NCBI GenBank assembly: GCA_041694835.1
Contig: JBGFRZ010000082.1
Span: 62,658 to 126,657 of the forward strand
Length of the DNA stretch: 64,000 bases
Source: Ignavibacteria bacterium
GTDB taxonomy: Bacteria > Elusimicrobiota > Endomicrobiia > PHAN01
Direction: 5' to 3'
Under the pieces are notes generated by a model. The model was given only the letters and a program-made list of their open reading frames with translations, searched no databases and had not been told where the DNA came from. Every line of letters starts with the position of its first letter. Position 1 is the first letter of the stretch. Both the position numbers and the translations under genes were made by a program. Positions 1 to 8,626 of the stretch are shown in pieces.

Positions 1-3000
1 CCATGATTTTTCTCTTAAAGCCATCTGCGTCTTCAGGACATAAAGTTGCCTGTCCAGAATCCTTACTTCATCGCGATTCGTTCCGACTAGAGCTTTTAGC
101 TTATGTTCTAACTCATCCCTCTTCCTATCAAGCGAATGTTTCTCGGCGGCATAATTCTGTGATGAGTTTTCAAACTTTGTTTTCATTTCATCTTCCAATA
201 CTTTTAGATTCTGCTGTCCAACTTTCAGTTTTTCTTCAACTTCGGATAACTCTTGCTCCTGCTTGATTTTTATGGCTTTCATCTGGTTTTCAAGATTTTC
301 TTTCCTTTTTTCAATTCTTTTGACGAACTGCTCATGCGATTGAAAATATGAATCTCTATTTTTTGTGTAATTATCCTCCTGTTCCTTCAATTTCGCATTT
401 AGTTCCTGAATCTGCTGCTGCCTTGTGGCAACCATCCCCGGATGTTTTTCTTCCAACTGCGCAAGTTCCATTTCATTCGATGTAATTTTGGAAATCAGCA
501 GTTCTTTGACTTTATTAAACTCGCTTTCCATATGATTCAACCTGGCTTTATACTCCTGTTCAAACCTCAAGTGGTCCGACTTAAGCTTTTCAATTTCACG
601 CTTTTTCTCCGCCAGCAACTCCGCATGGCGGGATTTCATCTCTTCCGATTCATTTTCAATCTTTTCTATTTCCTCATTTATGAGCTTTTTTTCATTTTCA
701 TTTTCTAACTCAAGAATTTTTATTTCTTTTTCATATTTGTGAATGTTGGTTTCACGAGATGCGTTTAAAAAAGTTATCTTGTTATCGAACTCTATTAAGA
801 TATCAGCATGTTTTTTTCTTGTTTCATCAAGTTTTTTTGAAGATTCTTCGAGTTTTTTTCTGACCAACTCAAGCTCCGCGCTTATTATGCTCTCCTTTTC
901 TTCTATCTCATATTTATTTGCCGAAATTAAATCATTCACTTTTTTACTTATCGCTTGTATATGTCTTTCGGACTCCGAAATTTCACTTTCGCATTTTTCT
1001 TTAAAAAAATTAAACCCGACTTTCGTCCTTTCAAGCGACTCTATCGCTATCTTCTTCTTGCCTTCAAGTTCAAAGCGGGTGGCGTCCAAATTTTTTTGTA
1101 ACACCGCTGTCTTTTCCAAAAGAACTTTTTCTAACTGATTGTTCTCATCGTTTTTCGCGCTTACGGTCTCATCAAATCTCTTTTGTTCTGAAATCACCAC
1201 ACTATTCAATTCCTCTATTTTAGCCTCAATACTTCCTTTTTCTTCTTTTAGTTTTACATTAAAACTTTCAAGCGCAAGAGAATGATTTTTCTTTTCATCT
1301 TCCATCTTTTGCATCAAAGACTGATGGACATTTTCAAGTTCCTTCATGTTTTTTGAATGTTCTTTTTCAAGCGATATTTTTTGAGAGTCAATCTCGTCTA
1401 TGTCGGCCTTTATTGAATCGATTTCGGCCGAGAGTTTATCGACTGACTGATGGTATCTACTTTCAAGCATATTTTCCTGATGGGCAAAACGTTGCTTCAA
1501 ACTTAAATAATCTCTTTCCTTTTCTGCCATCTTCTGCTTAAAATCCATCTCAAGACGCGCTTTTTTACTTTCAGCGACCTTCAGCTTTTCTTTATAAGGT
1601 TCAACTTCCACAAAAAGTTTCTTTTTAGCGTTCTCAAAAGACCTGGTGCTTTCCAAAAGTTCCGCTTCCACTGAATTTTTTGCGGCTTCAACCTGGGATT
1701 TCTTTTGAGAAAGAAGTGAAGAGTACTCCGTCTTTATTTTCGAAAAATCTTCCTGGAACTTTTGATATTTATCCTCGATGAGTTTTTTCTCCTCGGAAAG
1801 AATTTCAATTTGATGTTTATGTTGAAGATTCTTCTGTTCCTGGTTCGATTGCCAATCGTTTTTGAACTTTTCCATCTCTTCGTACTTTCCGGAGAGTTCA
1901 CTTTGATATTCTATTTTCTGGTTCAAAACTTCTTTTTCAAGATCAGTACATCTCAAAGAGATTCTCTTTTTTTCATTTTCAATATTTGTTTTGTATTTTT
2001 CTATTTCTGCGTTTTTCTCCCTTATCTTTATTTGAGCCTGGATTTTAATGTCTTCTATATCCTGATCCGCGACTCTTATCATATTCTCCCATTCGGATTT
2101 TTCCTGCTCATATTTCTGATGAAGCTCCTTGAGCTGTTTTTCAGCCAGAGATTTTGCCTCTTTGAACTCGTTGAAACGTTTTTCGCGAGCGGAACTTTCC
2201 TGCGTTTCCTGAAGCATCATGTCAATTTTTAGTTTATTGAAAGCATCTTCCCTCTCTTTCAATAGTTTCTCGTATTTCTCCTTTTCGGAAAGCGACTCCC
2301 TTTCCATCTCACTCATCTGAGCCACTAACTTTTCTTTTAAATCCTTAAGCAATATCTTTTTCGCATTCAGTTCCTGCTCATATATTATCTGACGCTGTTT
2401 CAAAGCCGAGCTGAATGCAAGCAATCCCTCTTTTTTATCGTTATAAATTTTCTGGAAGTTTGCTCTCATTTCGGAAAGATTTTTTTCAACACCATTCAAC
2501 TGATTATTGTAATTGCCTTCTAATTCTTTTTTCTCCCGATGAAATTTTTCCTCTTCCTGCCGGGACTGGTTGACTCTGAGGGATATCTGTGCTTTTAATG
2601 CCACGATTTCCTCTTCCCTGCCTTTCAGTCTTGTTACAAATTCCCCTATTTCCTGCTGTGCTTTTTTCTCGAAGGCAAGAAGCTGACTTTCTATCTCTCT
2701 TAATTCCTGAGTGGATGAAATTATCTCTTTTTCATCTTCGGCTTTTTTTTCGTTTTCCCTGGTTTGCAAATTTACTTTTGTTTCGTCTATCTCGGTTATG
2801 ATAGCTCTGATTTTTTGACCCCACTCTTTATCCTCTTCTTCTATCTTGCGCTCAACCCTTTGCAGTTCGTCATTCCATTTTTTTCTAAGCGAATTTATCG
2901 AGTCCTGATGAAGTTGCATGTTGTTTGAAAGTTCGAGTTCAACAAGTTCAAGATGGATGGAAAGTTTTATTTTTTCATCTTCTTTCTCTTTTTCTTTCTT

Positions 3001-3189
3001 CCTGTAATTTTCCCGCTCAACTTCGAGCATCTTTTCTATGTTTTCAAGTTGCTCACGCGCCGTTTTTTTTATGCTTTGTAAATCATGGCTGGCGGTAAGC
3101 TCTATCTTTTTCTCGTCGCACTCAATATCCGATGTCGCTTTTTTTTCGGCGACTGGTTCCTCTTTGTGTTTGATTAGCCACTTCCACAT
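1..3189 (-). CDS. Giant coiled-coil protein (>1063 aa, 3' end outside the window)
   Basis: ATG at 3189 after SD GGAGG (MWKWLIKHKEEPVAEKK...). The same frame reads E/K/Q/L-rich helical sequence at the window edge (...ILDRQLYVLKTQMALREKSW). Absent from the ORF track, consistent with no in-window stop. Confidence 0.85.
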   Translation of the reverse strand, partial: MWKWLIKHKEEPVAEKKATSDIECDEKKIELTASHDLQSIKKTAREQLENIEKMLEVERENYRKKEKEKEDEKIKLSIHLELVELELSNNMQLHQDSINSLRKKWNDELQRVERKIEEEDKEWGQKIRAIITEIDETKVNLQTRENEKKAEDEKEIISSTQELREIESQLLAFEKKAQQEIGEFVTRLKGREEEIVALKAQISLRVNQSRQEEEKFHREKKELEGNYNNQLNGVEKNLSEMRANFQKIYNDKKEGLLAFSSALKQRQIIYEQELNAKKILLKDLKEKLVAQMSEMERESLSEKEKYEKLLKEREDAFNKLKIDMMLQETQESSAREKRFNEFKEAKSLAEKQLKELHQKYEQEKSEWENMIRVADQDIEDIKIQAQIKIREKNAEIEKYKTNIENEKKRISLRCTDLEKEVLNQKIEYQSELSGKYEEMEKFKNDWQSNQEQKNLQHKHQIEILSEEKKLIEDKYQKFQEDFSKIKTEYSSLLSQKKSQVEAAKNSVEAELLESTRSFENAKKKLFVEVEPYKEKLKVAESKKARLEMDFKQKMAEKERDYLSLKQRFAHQENMLESRYHQSVDKLSAEIDSIKADIDEIDSQKISLEKEHSKNMKELENVHQSLMQKMEDEKKNHSLALESFNVKLKEEKGSIEAKIEELNSVVISEQKRFDETVSAKNDENNQLEKVLLEKTAVLQKNLDATRFELEGKKKIAIESLERTKVGFNFFKEKCESEISESERHIQAISKKVNDLISANKYEIEEKESIISAELELVRKKLEESSKKLDETRKKHADILIEFDNKITFLNASRETNIHKYEKEIKILELENENEKKLINEEIEKIENESEEMKSRHAELLAEKKREIEKLKSDHLRFEQEYKARLNHMESEFNKVKELLISKITSNEMELAQLEEKHPGMVATRQQQIQELNAKLKEQEDNYTKNRDSYFQSHEQFVKRIEKRKENLENQMKAIKIKQEQELSEVEEKLKVGQQNLKVLEDEMKTKFENSSQNYAAEKHSLDRKRDELEHKLKALVGTNRDEVRILDRQLYVLKTQMALREKSW

Positions 3190-3204
3190 ATTATTCCTCC
3201 GCTT

Positions 3205-5019
3205 TTATTTTCTTGATGCCTCGAGTTTTATCTGTTCAATAAAGTTTGACAGCTCCGTGTCATTTGGGTTTATGTTTAACACCGCTTCATAATTTGCAAT
3301 CGCTTCGTCATATCTTCCGAGAGCATAATATGAAGCGGCAATATAACTGTAGGCGTCGGTCAAAGTGTTGTCGATTGAAAGGACGTACTCAAGATAGCTT
3401 ATGGCATCCTCATAGTTTCCCGCTTCATAACTGGAGAGTCCTGCCTGATAGTAATCCGCAGCGTCACCTTCCGAAGGAGCGGCTTCTTCGTCAACAACCT
3501 CTTCACCCTCAAGAGCGCTGCTTTTCGGCTTTTCTCTTATAAAGATTTTACCGTCATCTTCAAGTTTTCTTATGACATCCATTATTTTCTTTCTTCCTTC
3601 TTCTGTCTGTAACGGCGTTACGGATTGGGTGTACTGCATTTCTTCTTGAATAAGTTGGACCGCGTTAGACGACATGTTGGCAAAAAACTTATTTACCACA
3701 TCCTGAGGCACTCCTTTGAGTGAGCGGGCAAGAAGTTCCGAATTTTTCAAATCTGGAAAGTTAAGTATTGTCTGCATCGTCTGATCCGTGAAGTTCTTAA
3801 TGTCATCAAACTTCAATATAAACTTTCTGACCCTGTCGTAGAGTTCCGGTTTTTCGTTCTGTAGATAATCCAGTATGTTGTCCCTTGTTACGTTGTCAAC
3901 CTGATCAAGCACTTTCAAAAGATGCTCTATGCCGCCTATTAGGAAGTCTATCTTTTCTTTTATGTCGTCGTCTATCTTCATTACCTTATCCCTCGTCATC
4001 TGTCTTATGGTCGCCATCTCTATGGCCACCTGCGACTGAACCTGCGCCGAAAGGCTGAGAAGTATCTCTTTGACATGCTCGGGTTTAAGATAACTTATTA
4101 CGAGAGCTATTATTCTTGCGCTTTCTTTCCTTATTAAATATATAAGTCTTTTAAGATTTTCGTCATCTACATAGTGAAACGGTTTGTACTTTTTTTTCTC
4201 CTCTTCCAGCGCTTCAAGCTCAGCCGCAGAAAGAGCGCCGCCTCCGCCTCCTCCTTCACCGCCTTCTGGCTCCCCCTCGGGGTTTTCGAATTTTGAATCC
4301 ACGGTAACTTCTGTTCCGCCCTTTTCCCTCATCGTTTTTACATATGCACGGAAAAAGCCAGCAAGAGGACCGAAAAGAAAAAATAAAAGAAGAAATGCTA
4401 TAACAAGAGGTATCAAAACAAGCGGCTTCAGCAGCTCTTCAAAAAATCCCGTCGTGAATTTTGTTTTCTTAAAATCTATCCGGTCACCGCGCTTTTGATC
4501 TATTCTGAGAGCGGAAGTAATAGCATCTTTTACGGCTTCAAGTTTCGACTCGGGAACTTTTTCATCGTGCAAAACAGTCACTATCTGTTTTTTCAGAGCA
4601 ATTTTGACCTCGACAGTTATTTTTTCCTGCTGGCCGGCCTCTTCTTTCGATTCGCCGACTTGATCCGCTTGAGAAACCGCTCTGGGCGCCGGAACACCCG
4701 GCAGCAGATACTCCACCTCGCCTATCGGCTTCTTTTTTTCGGCCTTTCTTTCCCTGACGAAGGTTTTTCTGGTTATCGTATCAAGACCGAATTCGACATC
4801 GACTATGGCTATCGCTTTATCCGGTCCAAGTATCCTGTCAAGGATGTCTTTCTGAACGTACTCCGTCTTTTCTTTTTCGTACTTGAGTTCATGTTCTATC
4901 AGTGAGATTTCCGCAGACTGCGGGGTCATCTGTCCATAAAGATAAACAAAAGAAGAAAGAGCCAGTAAAAGTGCCACCGCGCTTTGTTTCAAATTTTTAA
5001 GCTGTTTTAATTTTTTCAT
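3205..5019 (-). CDS. FliF-C(RBM3)-TM-FliG(M+C)-TPR fusion protein
   Basis: N-terminal hydrophobic/signal segment; FliF-C-like ILDRILGP..VDVEF..LPGVP..VTVLHD..KRGDRI; TM helix; FliG-like PFHYV..ESARIIALVISYL, GGIEHL, FFANMS..IRKLEDDGKI; C-terminal TPRs. Confidence 0.8.
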   Translation of the reverse strand: MKKLKQLKNLKQSAVALLLALSSFVYLYGQMTPQSAEISLIEHELKYEKEKTEYVQKDILDRILGPDKAIAIVDVEFGLDTITRKTFVRERKAEKKKPIGEVEYLLPGVPAPRAVSQADQVGESKEEAGQQEKITVEVKIALKKQIVTVLHDEKVPESKLEAVKDAITSALRIDQKRGDRIDFKKTKFTTGFFEELLKPLVLIPLVIAFLLLFFLFGPLAGFFRAYVKTMREKGGTEVTVDSKFENPEGEPEGGEGGGGGGALSAAELEALEEEKKKYKPFHYVDDENLKRLIYLIRKESARIIALVISYLKPEHVKEILLSLSAQVQSQVAIEMATIRQMTRDKVMKIDDDIKEKIDFLIGGIEHLLKVLDQVDNVTRDNILDYLQNEKPELYDRVRKFILKFDDIKNFTDQTMQTILNFPDLKNSELLARSLKGVPQDVVNKFFANMSSNAVQLIQEEMQYTQSVTPLQTEEGRKKIMDVIRKLEDDGKIFIREKPKSSALEGEEVVDEEAAPSEGDAADYYQAGLSSYEAGNYEDAISYLEYVLSIDNTLTDAYSYIAASYYALGRYDEAIANYEAVLNINPNDTELSNFIEQIKLEASRK

Positions 5020-5030
5020 ATATTTACCCT

Positions 5031-6665
5031 TTATCTAAGTTGGTTCAGGAACTGCGGAACCACTCTGTTTGTTGGATCTATTTCGAGCACCCGCATCCAG
5101 ACCTCTTTTGCTTTTTCCGGCTGATCCATCATAAAGAAAGCGCTTCCCATAATTTCGTAAGCTGTCACATGGTTCGGTTCAAGATTCAGCACTTCCTGGG
5201 CTTTAATAAGGGCTTTGTCATATTTGCCGTCTATTATGGCTTGTCTTGCGTCGAAGATCTTCTGATCTATTATAGTAAATCCTGCGATTGTTTCCTTGAA
5301 TGCTTCCGTAGGCGGGATGCCCATTTCTTTTTCAATCCTGTTCAACAAAGCAAGTAGCTTCATGTTCTCGGGTTTTTTGTAATAAGCATATCTGAAAGAG
5401 TTTATGGCGCCCGTGTCGTCGCCTTCTATATATGCTACAATCCCTTTTCTTGTCGCTACGGCATCTTCAGTATCTCCTACCACAGTGTCTATGTGACCTA
5501 TTATTACCTGTAGTTTTTTGGACATATTCTGTGCATCTTTATTGGCCGGGTCTATATCAAGAAGTTTTTCAAGTCGATTGTGGGAAAGAAGCATGTCTCC
5601 TTTTCTGTAGGATTCTATAGCTTCTTTCATAAGACGCACCACTATAGCCGCTCTGTTAGCGCTTACCGATTCCCCTATTTTCCACGAACCGGATATTCTA
5701 TGTGAAAGTCCGAGCTCATGCAAAGCAAACGCATAATCAAGCCCGTAATCTTTATATTTGAAACCAAAACCAGCGGTTGTCTCTCTTATTCTACCTTCGC
5801 CCTCGAATCCGAGACGCATGGCAAGATAATTCATAAGCCAGTATTCTGTCCCTATGTGCCAGCCGAGATTTGCGTTAAGCGATTTTTCAATATCAAACGC
5901 CAGTAAAAACTTTTTTTTCATAAACGGATGGGCCGCGCCGACTCTGAATATCATAGGAAGTTTGTCTTCCGTATCGCCAAAGCTCGTAGAAATTATGTTC
6001 CTGACACCGAAAGCAATTTTTATATCGGGCAACGTGTCATTTACTCCTTCAAGGAGCAGCGCAAGATCGAATGTTAGGGCTCCGCTTATAGAATCGGCCA
6101 GAGCATGGTTCATGTACTTCCCAGAAAGACCTATGGAGAGATTTTCTCTTATTCTTCTGCCGTATGCTGCCATTAAAGCCAGACGGGAATCTTCAAATGT
6201 GCCTAAATTTTCAATCTTAACTATGTCCTGTGTAGTTGGGTCTATGTTTATCGCTATTTTTTCAAAACCGCCCGAGTGGAGACGGACGATGTTTGCTCCG
6301 AAAACTCCCAACTTTGCGGTTGGATGCACATACGACAGAAAGTTATAGTTGGTATCGGCAAAAAGCGTGGCATGGAGAGCCATAACTTCTTTCCTGTCAA
6401 GCTGGGTCAGAGCTGCCGGATTCCAGTAAGTAGCGGAGGCATCGTCGGAAACCGCGAAAAACGCTTTTCCCATACCAAGTGATTTAGCGCCAGCACCCCA
6501 TGAAAGGAACTGCCCAGGCTGGCCGCCGGTGGCAGCGGCAAAGACAGAGGATAGCGGCGAGAGACAAGAGACGAGAGAACAAATAAAAACAAAAGCCATC
6601 CCTGACAAAGTTTTTGCGACTTTGTTCGCTAGTTTTGTCGAGAGTTTTGTTTTTGAATTTTTCAT
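5031..6665 (-). CDS. PorV/PorQ (UPF0164)-family beta-barrel protein with C-terminal TPRs
   Basis: Signal peptide, FLSWGAGAKSLGMGKAF..DDASATYWNPAAL, DYAF..LGLSHRIS barrel end, then TPR helices. Confidence 0.8.
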   Translation of the reverse strand: MKNSKTKLSTKLANKVAKTLSGMAFVFICSLVSCLSPLSSVFAAATGGQPGQFLSWGAGAKSLGMGKAFFAVSDDASATYWNPAALTQLDRKEVMALHATLFADTNYNFLSYVHPTAKLGVFGANIVRLHSGGFEKIAINIDPTTQDIVKIENLGTFEDSRLALMAAYGRRIRENLSIGLSGKYMNHALADSISGALTFDLALLLEGVNDTLPDIKIAFGVRNIISTSFGDTEDKLPMIFRVGAAHPFMKKKFLLAFDIEKSLNANLGWHIGTEYWLMNYLAMRLGFEGEGRIRETTAGFGFKYKDYGLDYAFALHELGLSHRISGSWKIGESVSANRAAIVVRLMKEAIESYRKGDMLLSHNRLEKLLDIDPANKDAQNMSKKLQVIIGHIDTVVGDTEDAVATRKGIVAYIEGDDTGAINSFRYAYYKKPENMKLLALLNRIEKEMGIPPTEAFKETIAGFTIIDQKIFDARQAIIDGKYDKALIKAQEVLNLEPNHVTAYEIMGSAFFMMDQPEKAKEVWMRVLEIDPTNRVVPQFLNQLR

Positions 6666-6701
6666 TTCATCAAACCCTGTCCTCTACTCTCTCCTCCGCT
6701 T

Positions 6702-7070
6702 TTAATGTATGACTCCAATTTTTCTTAAAGCCACTATCTTCCCGCCATCGACGGAAACCACACAGATATATCCGCCCTTGGCGACGTAATGACCGTTTTC
6801 GTCGCGACCGTCCCACAGGATTGTATCTCCAAAAAATTCGAGATGCTTGACGGGGCGGCCAAAAAGATCGAAAATTTTTACCGCAATTCCAACGTCGGTC
6901 TGATTTGATTTTTTTACAAGGATGCTTGTGGAAGTTTTTCTCGAATCGAACGGATTGGGATAGTTTGAAAGAAATATGTCAGAAGATGATGCGACGGATG
7001 CCGTCAACAAAAGAATTGATGAGGCGAAAGGGATAAGTAAAAGATAATTTAAAAAGTTGATGTGCTTCAT
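6702..7070 (-). CDS. Small secreted protein, FlgD-Ig / T9SS type A CTD-like domain
   Basis: Signal peptide followed by NYPNPF..IFDLFGRPV..WDGRDENG..VAKGGY..KIGVIH. Confidence 0.8.
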   Translation of the reverse strand: MKHINFLNYLLLIPFASSILLLTASVASSSDIFLSNYPNPFDSRKTSTSILVKKSNQTDVGIAVKIFDLFGRPVKHLEFFGDTILWDGRDENGHYVAKGGYICVVSVDGGKIVALRKIGVIH

Positions 7071-7072
7071 AA

Positions 7073-7219
7073 ATTGCCTTCGGTAACCCGGCCGCCATAA
7101 TCTCGCATTTTGCTTGATGTTAGGCCCGTATCCTGACCTATAGTCAGAATGACCCGATTCAACATCGGGATCGGCTTTGCGTCCTCCGGTTTCCCGGAGT
7201 TTGCCATTTATCGGACAAT
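7073..7219 (-). promoter_or_regulatory. c-di-GMP-I (GEMM) riboswitch, downstream copy, with a 43-nt two-hairpin insertion
   Basis: GGCAAACTCCGGGAAACCGGAGGACGCAAAGCC...ACGGGCCTAA...TATGGCGGCCGGGTTACCGAAGG; P1 ATTGTC/GGCAAT abuts the ATG at 7070. Confidence 0.85.
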
Positions 7220-7259
7220 CCTTACGTTTCCATCTCCGCCACGGCGGAAGGGGGCTATC

Positions 7260-7296
7260 AAAATAAAAATGCTACCGAACTTCCGCCCGGTAGCAT
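7260..7296 (-). terminator. Intrinsic terminator between the two riboswitch aptamers
   Basis: ATGCTACCG-ggcggaagtt-CGGTAGCAT followed by TTTTATTTT. Confidence 0.8.
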
Positions 7297-7371
7297 AAAG
7301 ATAGGGGGTCCTAAAACTTGTTGCAAACCACTACAACCGCAACCGCTAACAAATTAAACTTACTACACCTT

Positions 7372-7508
7372 CTCTCGGTAGCCCGGCCAGCTCCCCCGAC
7401 ATTATGTCGGGGGCATCGCTCCGATTTCCCGAAACGATTTTGATAGCCCCCTATCTTTAGCTCCGCGGCTTTGCGTCCTCCGGTTTCCCGAAGTTTGCCT
7501 TTATCGCA
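7372..7508 (-). promoter_or_regulatory. c-di-GMP-I (GEMM) riboswitch, upstream copy, enlarged P3
   Basis: GGCAAACTTCGGGAAACCGGAGGACGCAAAGCCGCGGAGCTAA...GCTGGCCGGGCTACCGA. Confidence 0.88.
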
Positions 7509-7511
7509 ATA

Positions 7512-7542
7512 TATATATAATAAAATTTATGACATTTGTCAA
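7512..7542 (-). promoter_or_regulatory. Sigma70-type promoter for the riboswitch operon
   Basis: Perfect TTGACA (7542-7537), about 17 bp spacer, AT-rich -10 (TATATA) just upstream of the aptamer. Confidence 0.6.
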
Positions 7543-7579
7543 GGTTTTTTTAACAGCCGAAATTCTGCCAAAAATTGCA

Positions 7580-8425
7580 CTAAACATTGTCTATCAGCCT
7601 TGTCCTGCCAACCTTGGCGGCTATCAGGATTCTTAAATTATTTTTCAGCGATATTCTCCCCTCAATATTCGTTAACGTTTTCGGATCGACAATTTCTACA
7701 TATTCAAGATTTATCCCGGAGATTTTTGAAACCGCTTTAGTTATATATTTTTTTACCGATACAATGTCTTTAAGATACCCCTCTGAAATTTTGACTTTCG
7801 CGTCCGATATCGCTTTATAAATTAATGCCGAATCTAATTTTTGACCCGTCGAAAGATATTTATTTCTGCTTGAAAACGCCAGTCCGAATTTTTCTCTTAT
7901 AGTCGGACACGAAATGATTTTCACGGGGATATTTAAATCATCTACCATTTTTTCTATGATTTTCAGTTGTTGAAAATCCTTCGTGCCGAAATACGCTCTT
8001 GTCGGTTGGATAATGTTAAACAGTTTTAAGACGACGGTTGTAACTCCGCGAAAATGTCCCGGGCGGAATTTTCCGCAAAGTATGTCTGAAAGATTTTTCA
8101 CTTCAACAAAAGTCAGATGCTCTTGTTTATAGATATCGTTTGTGGAAGGATAGAAAATTATGTCGACGCCAGTTTGTCGACAAATTTTTTTGTCTTGGCG
8201 AAATGTGCGTGGATATTTTTCAAAATCCTCGTTTTTGCCGAACTGCGCGGGATTTATAAATATCGAAACGACAACGAGAGCATTTTCTTTGCGAGCCCTT
8301 TTTATCAAAGAGAGATGTCCTTCGTGGAGCGCCCCCATCGTAGGGACAAAGCCGATTGTTTTGCCACACTTTTTAAGCTTTACAAAATATCTTTGGGCAA
8401 CAACGGGTGAAGTGATTATCTTCAT
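7580..8425 (-). CDS. panC: Pantoate--beta-alanine ligase
   Basis: GFVPTMGALHEGH, RPGHFRGV, GLAFSSRN, TRLIDN; start placed at MKIITSP because the ORF-track extension is heptamer-repeat DNA. Confidence 0.95.
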   Translation of the reverse strand: MKIITSPVVAQRYFVKLKKCGKTIGFVPTMGALHEGHLSLIKRARKENALVVVSIFINPAQFGKNEDFEKYPRTFRQDKKICRQTGVDIIFYPSTNDIYKQEHLTFVEVKNLSDILCGKFRPGHFRGVTTVVLKLFNIIQPTRAYFGTKDFQQLKIIEKMVDDLNIPVKIISCPTIREKFGLAFSSRNKYLSTGQKLDSALIYKAISDAKVKISEGYLKDIVSVKKYITKAVSKISGINLEYVEIVDPKTLTNIEGRISLKNNLRILIAAKVGRTRLIDNV

Positions 8426-8539
8426 TTTGAAACCGCTGAAAAACCTGTCAATAGTCCACAGTCCGCAGATTCTGTCGACCATCGACTATCGACTAAATTC
8501 TTTTGGGTGTCAGAAGGCCTTTTTCAATACCCTCATTTT

Positions 8540-8626
8540 ACAAATGTTCGATGCTTCAGACGATAAAAATCGACAATATTTAACAATGCTCCGACGATAA
8601 ATTCGAACAAATGTTCGAATTTTCAG
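8540..8626. repeat. Degenerate ~33-bp tandem repeat containing palindrome TTCGAACAAATGTTCGAA
   Basis: Units ACAAATGTTCG..CAGACGATAAA; the same palindrome and context recur at 49361-49412. Confidence 0.6.

Noticed and set aside
3-3292. Plus-strand F/L/S-rich ORFs
   Set aside because: Antisense shadows of the E/K-rich coiled-coil gene.
3205-5019. Calling this a flagellar operon or plain fliG
   Set aside because: No other flagellar genes in the window, fused architecture and altered FliM/MotA contact motifs.
5031-7070. Calling a bona fide type IX secretion system
   Set aside because: Only PorV-like and CTD-like genes are visible; no sprA or porK/L/M/N in the window.
8540-8626. CRISPR array
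   Set aside because: Units are adjacent and degenerate, with no unique spacers and no cas genes.
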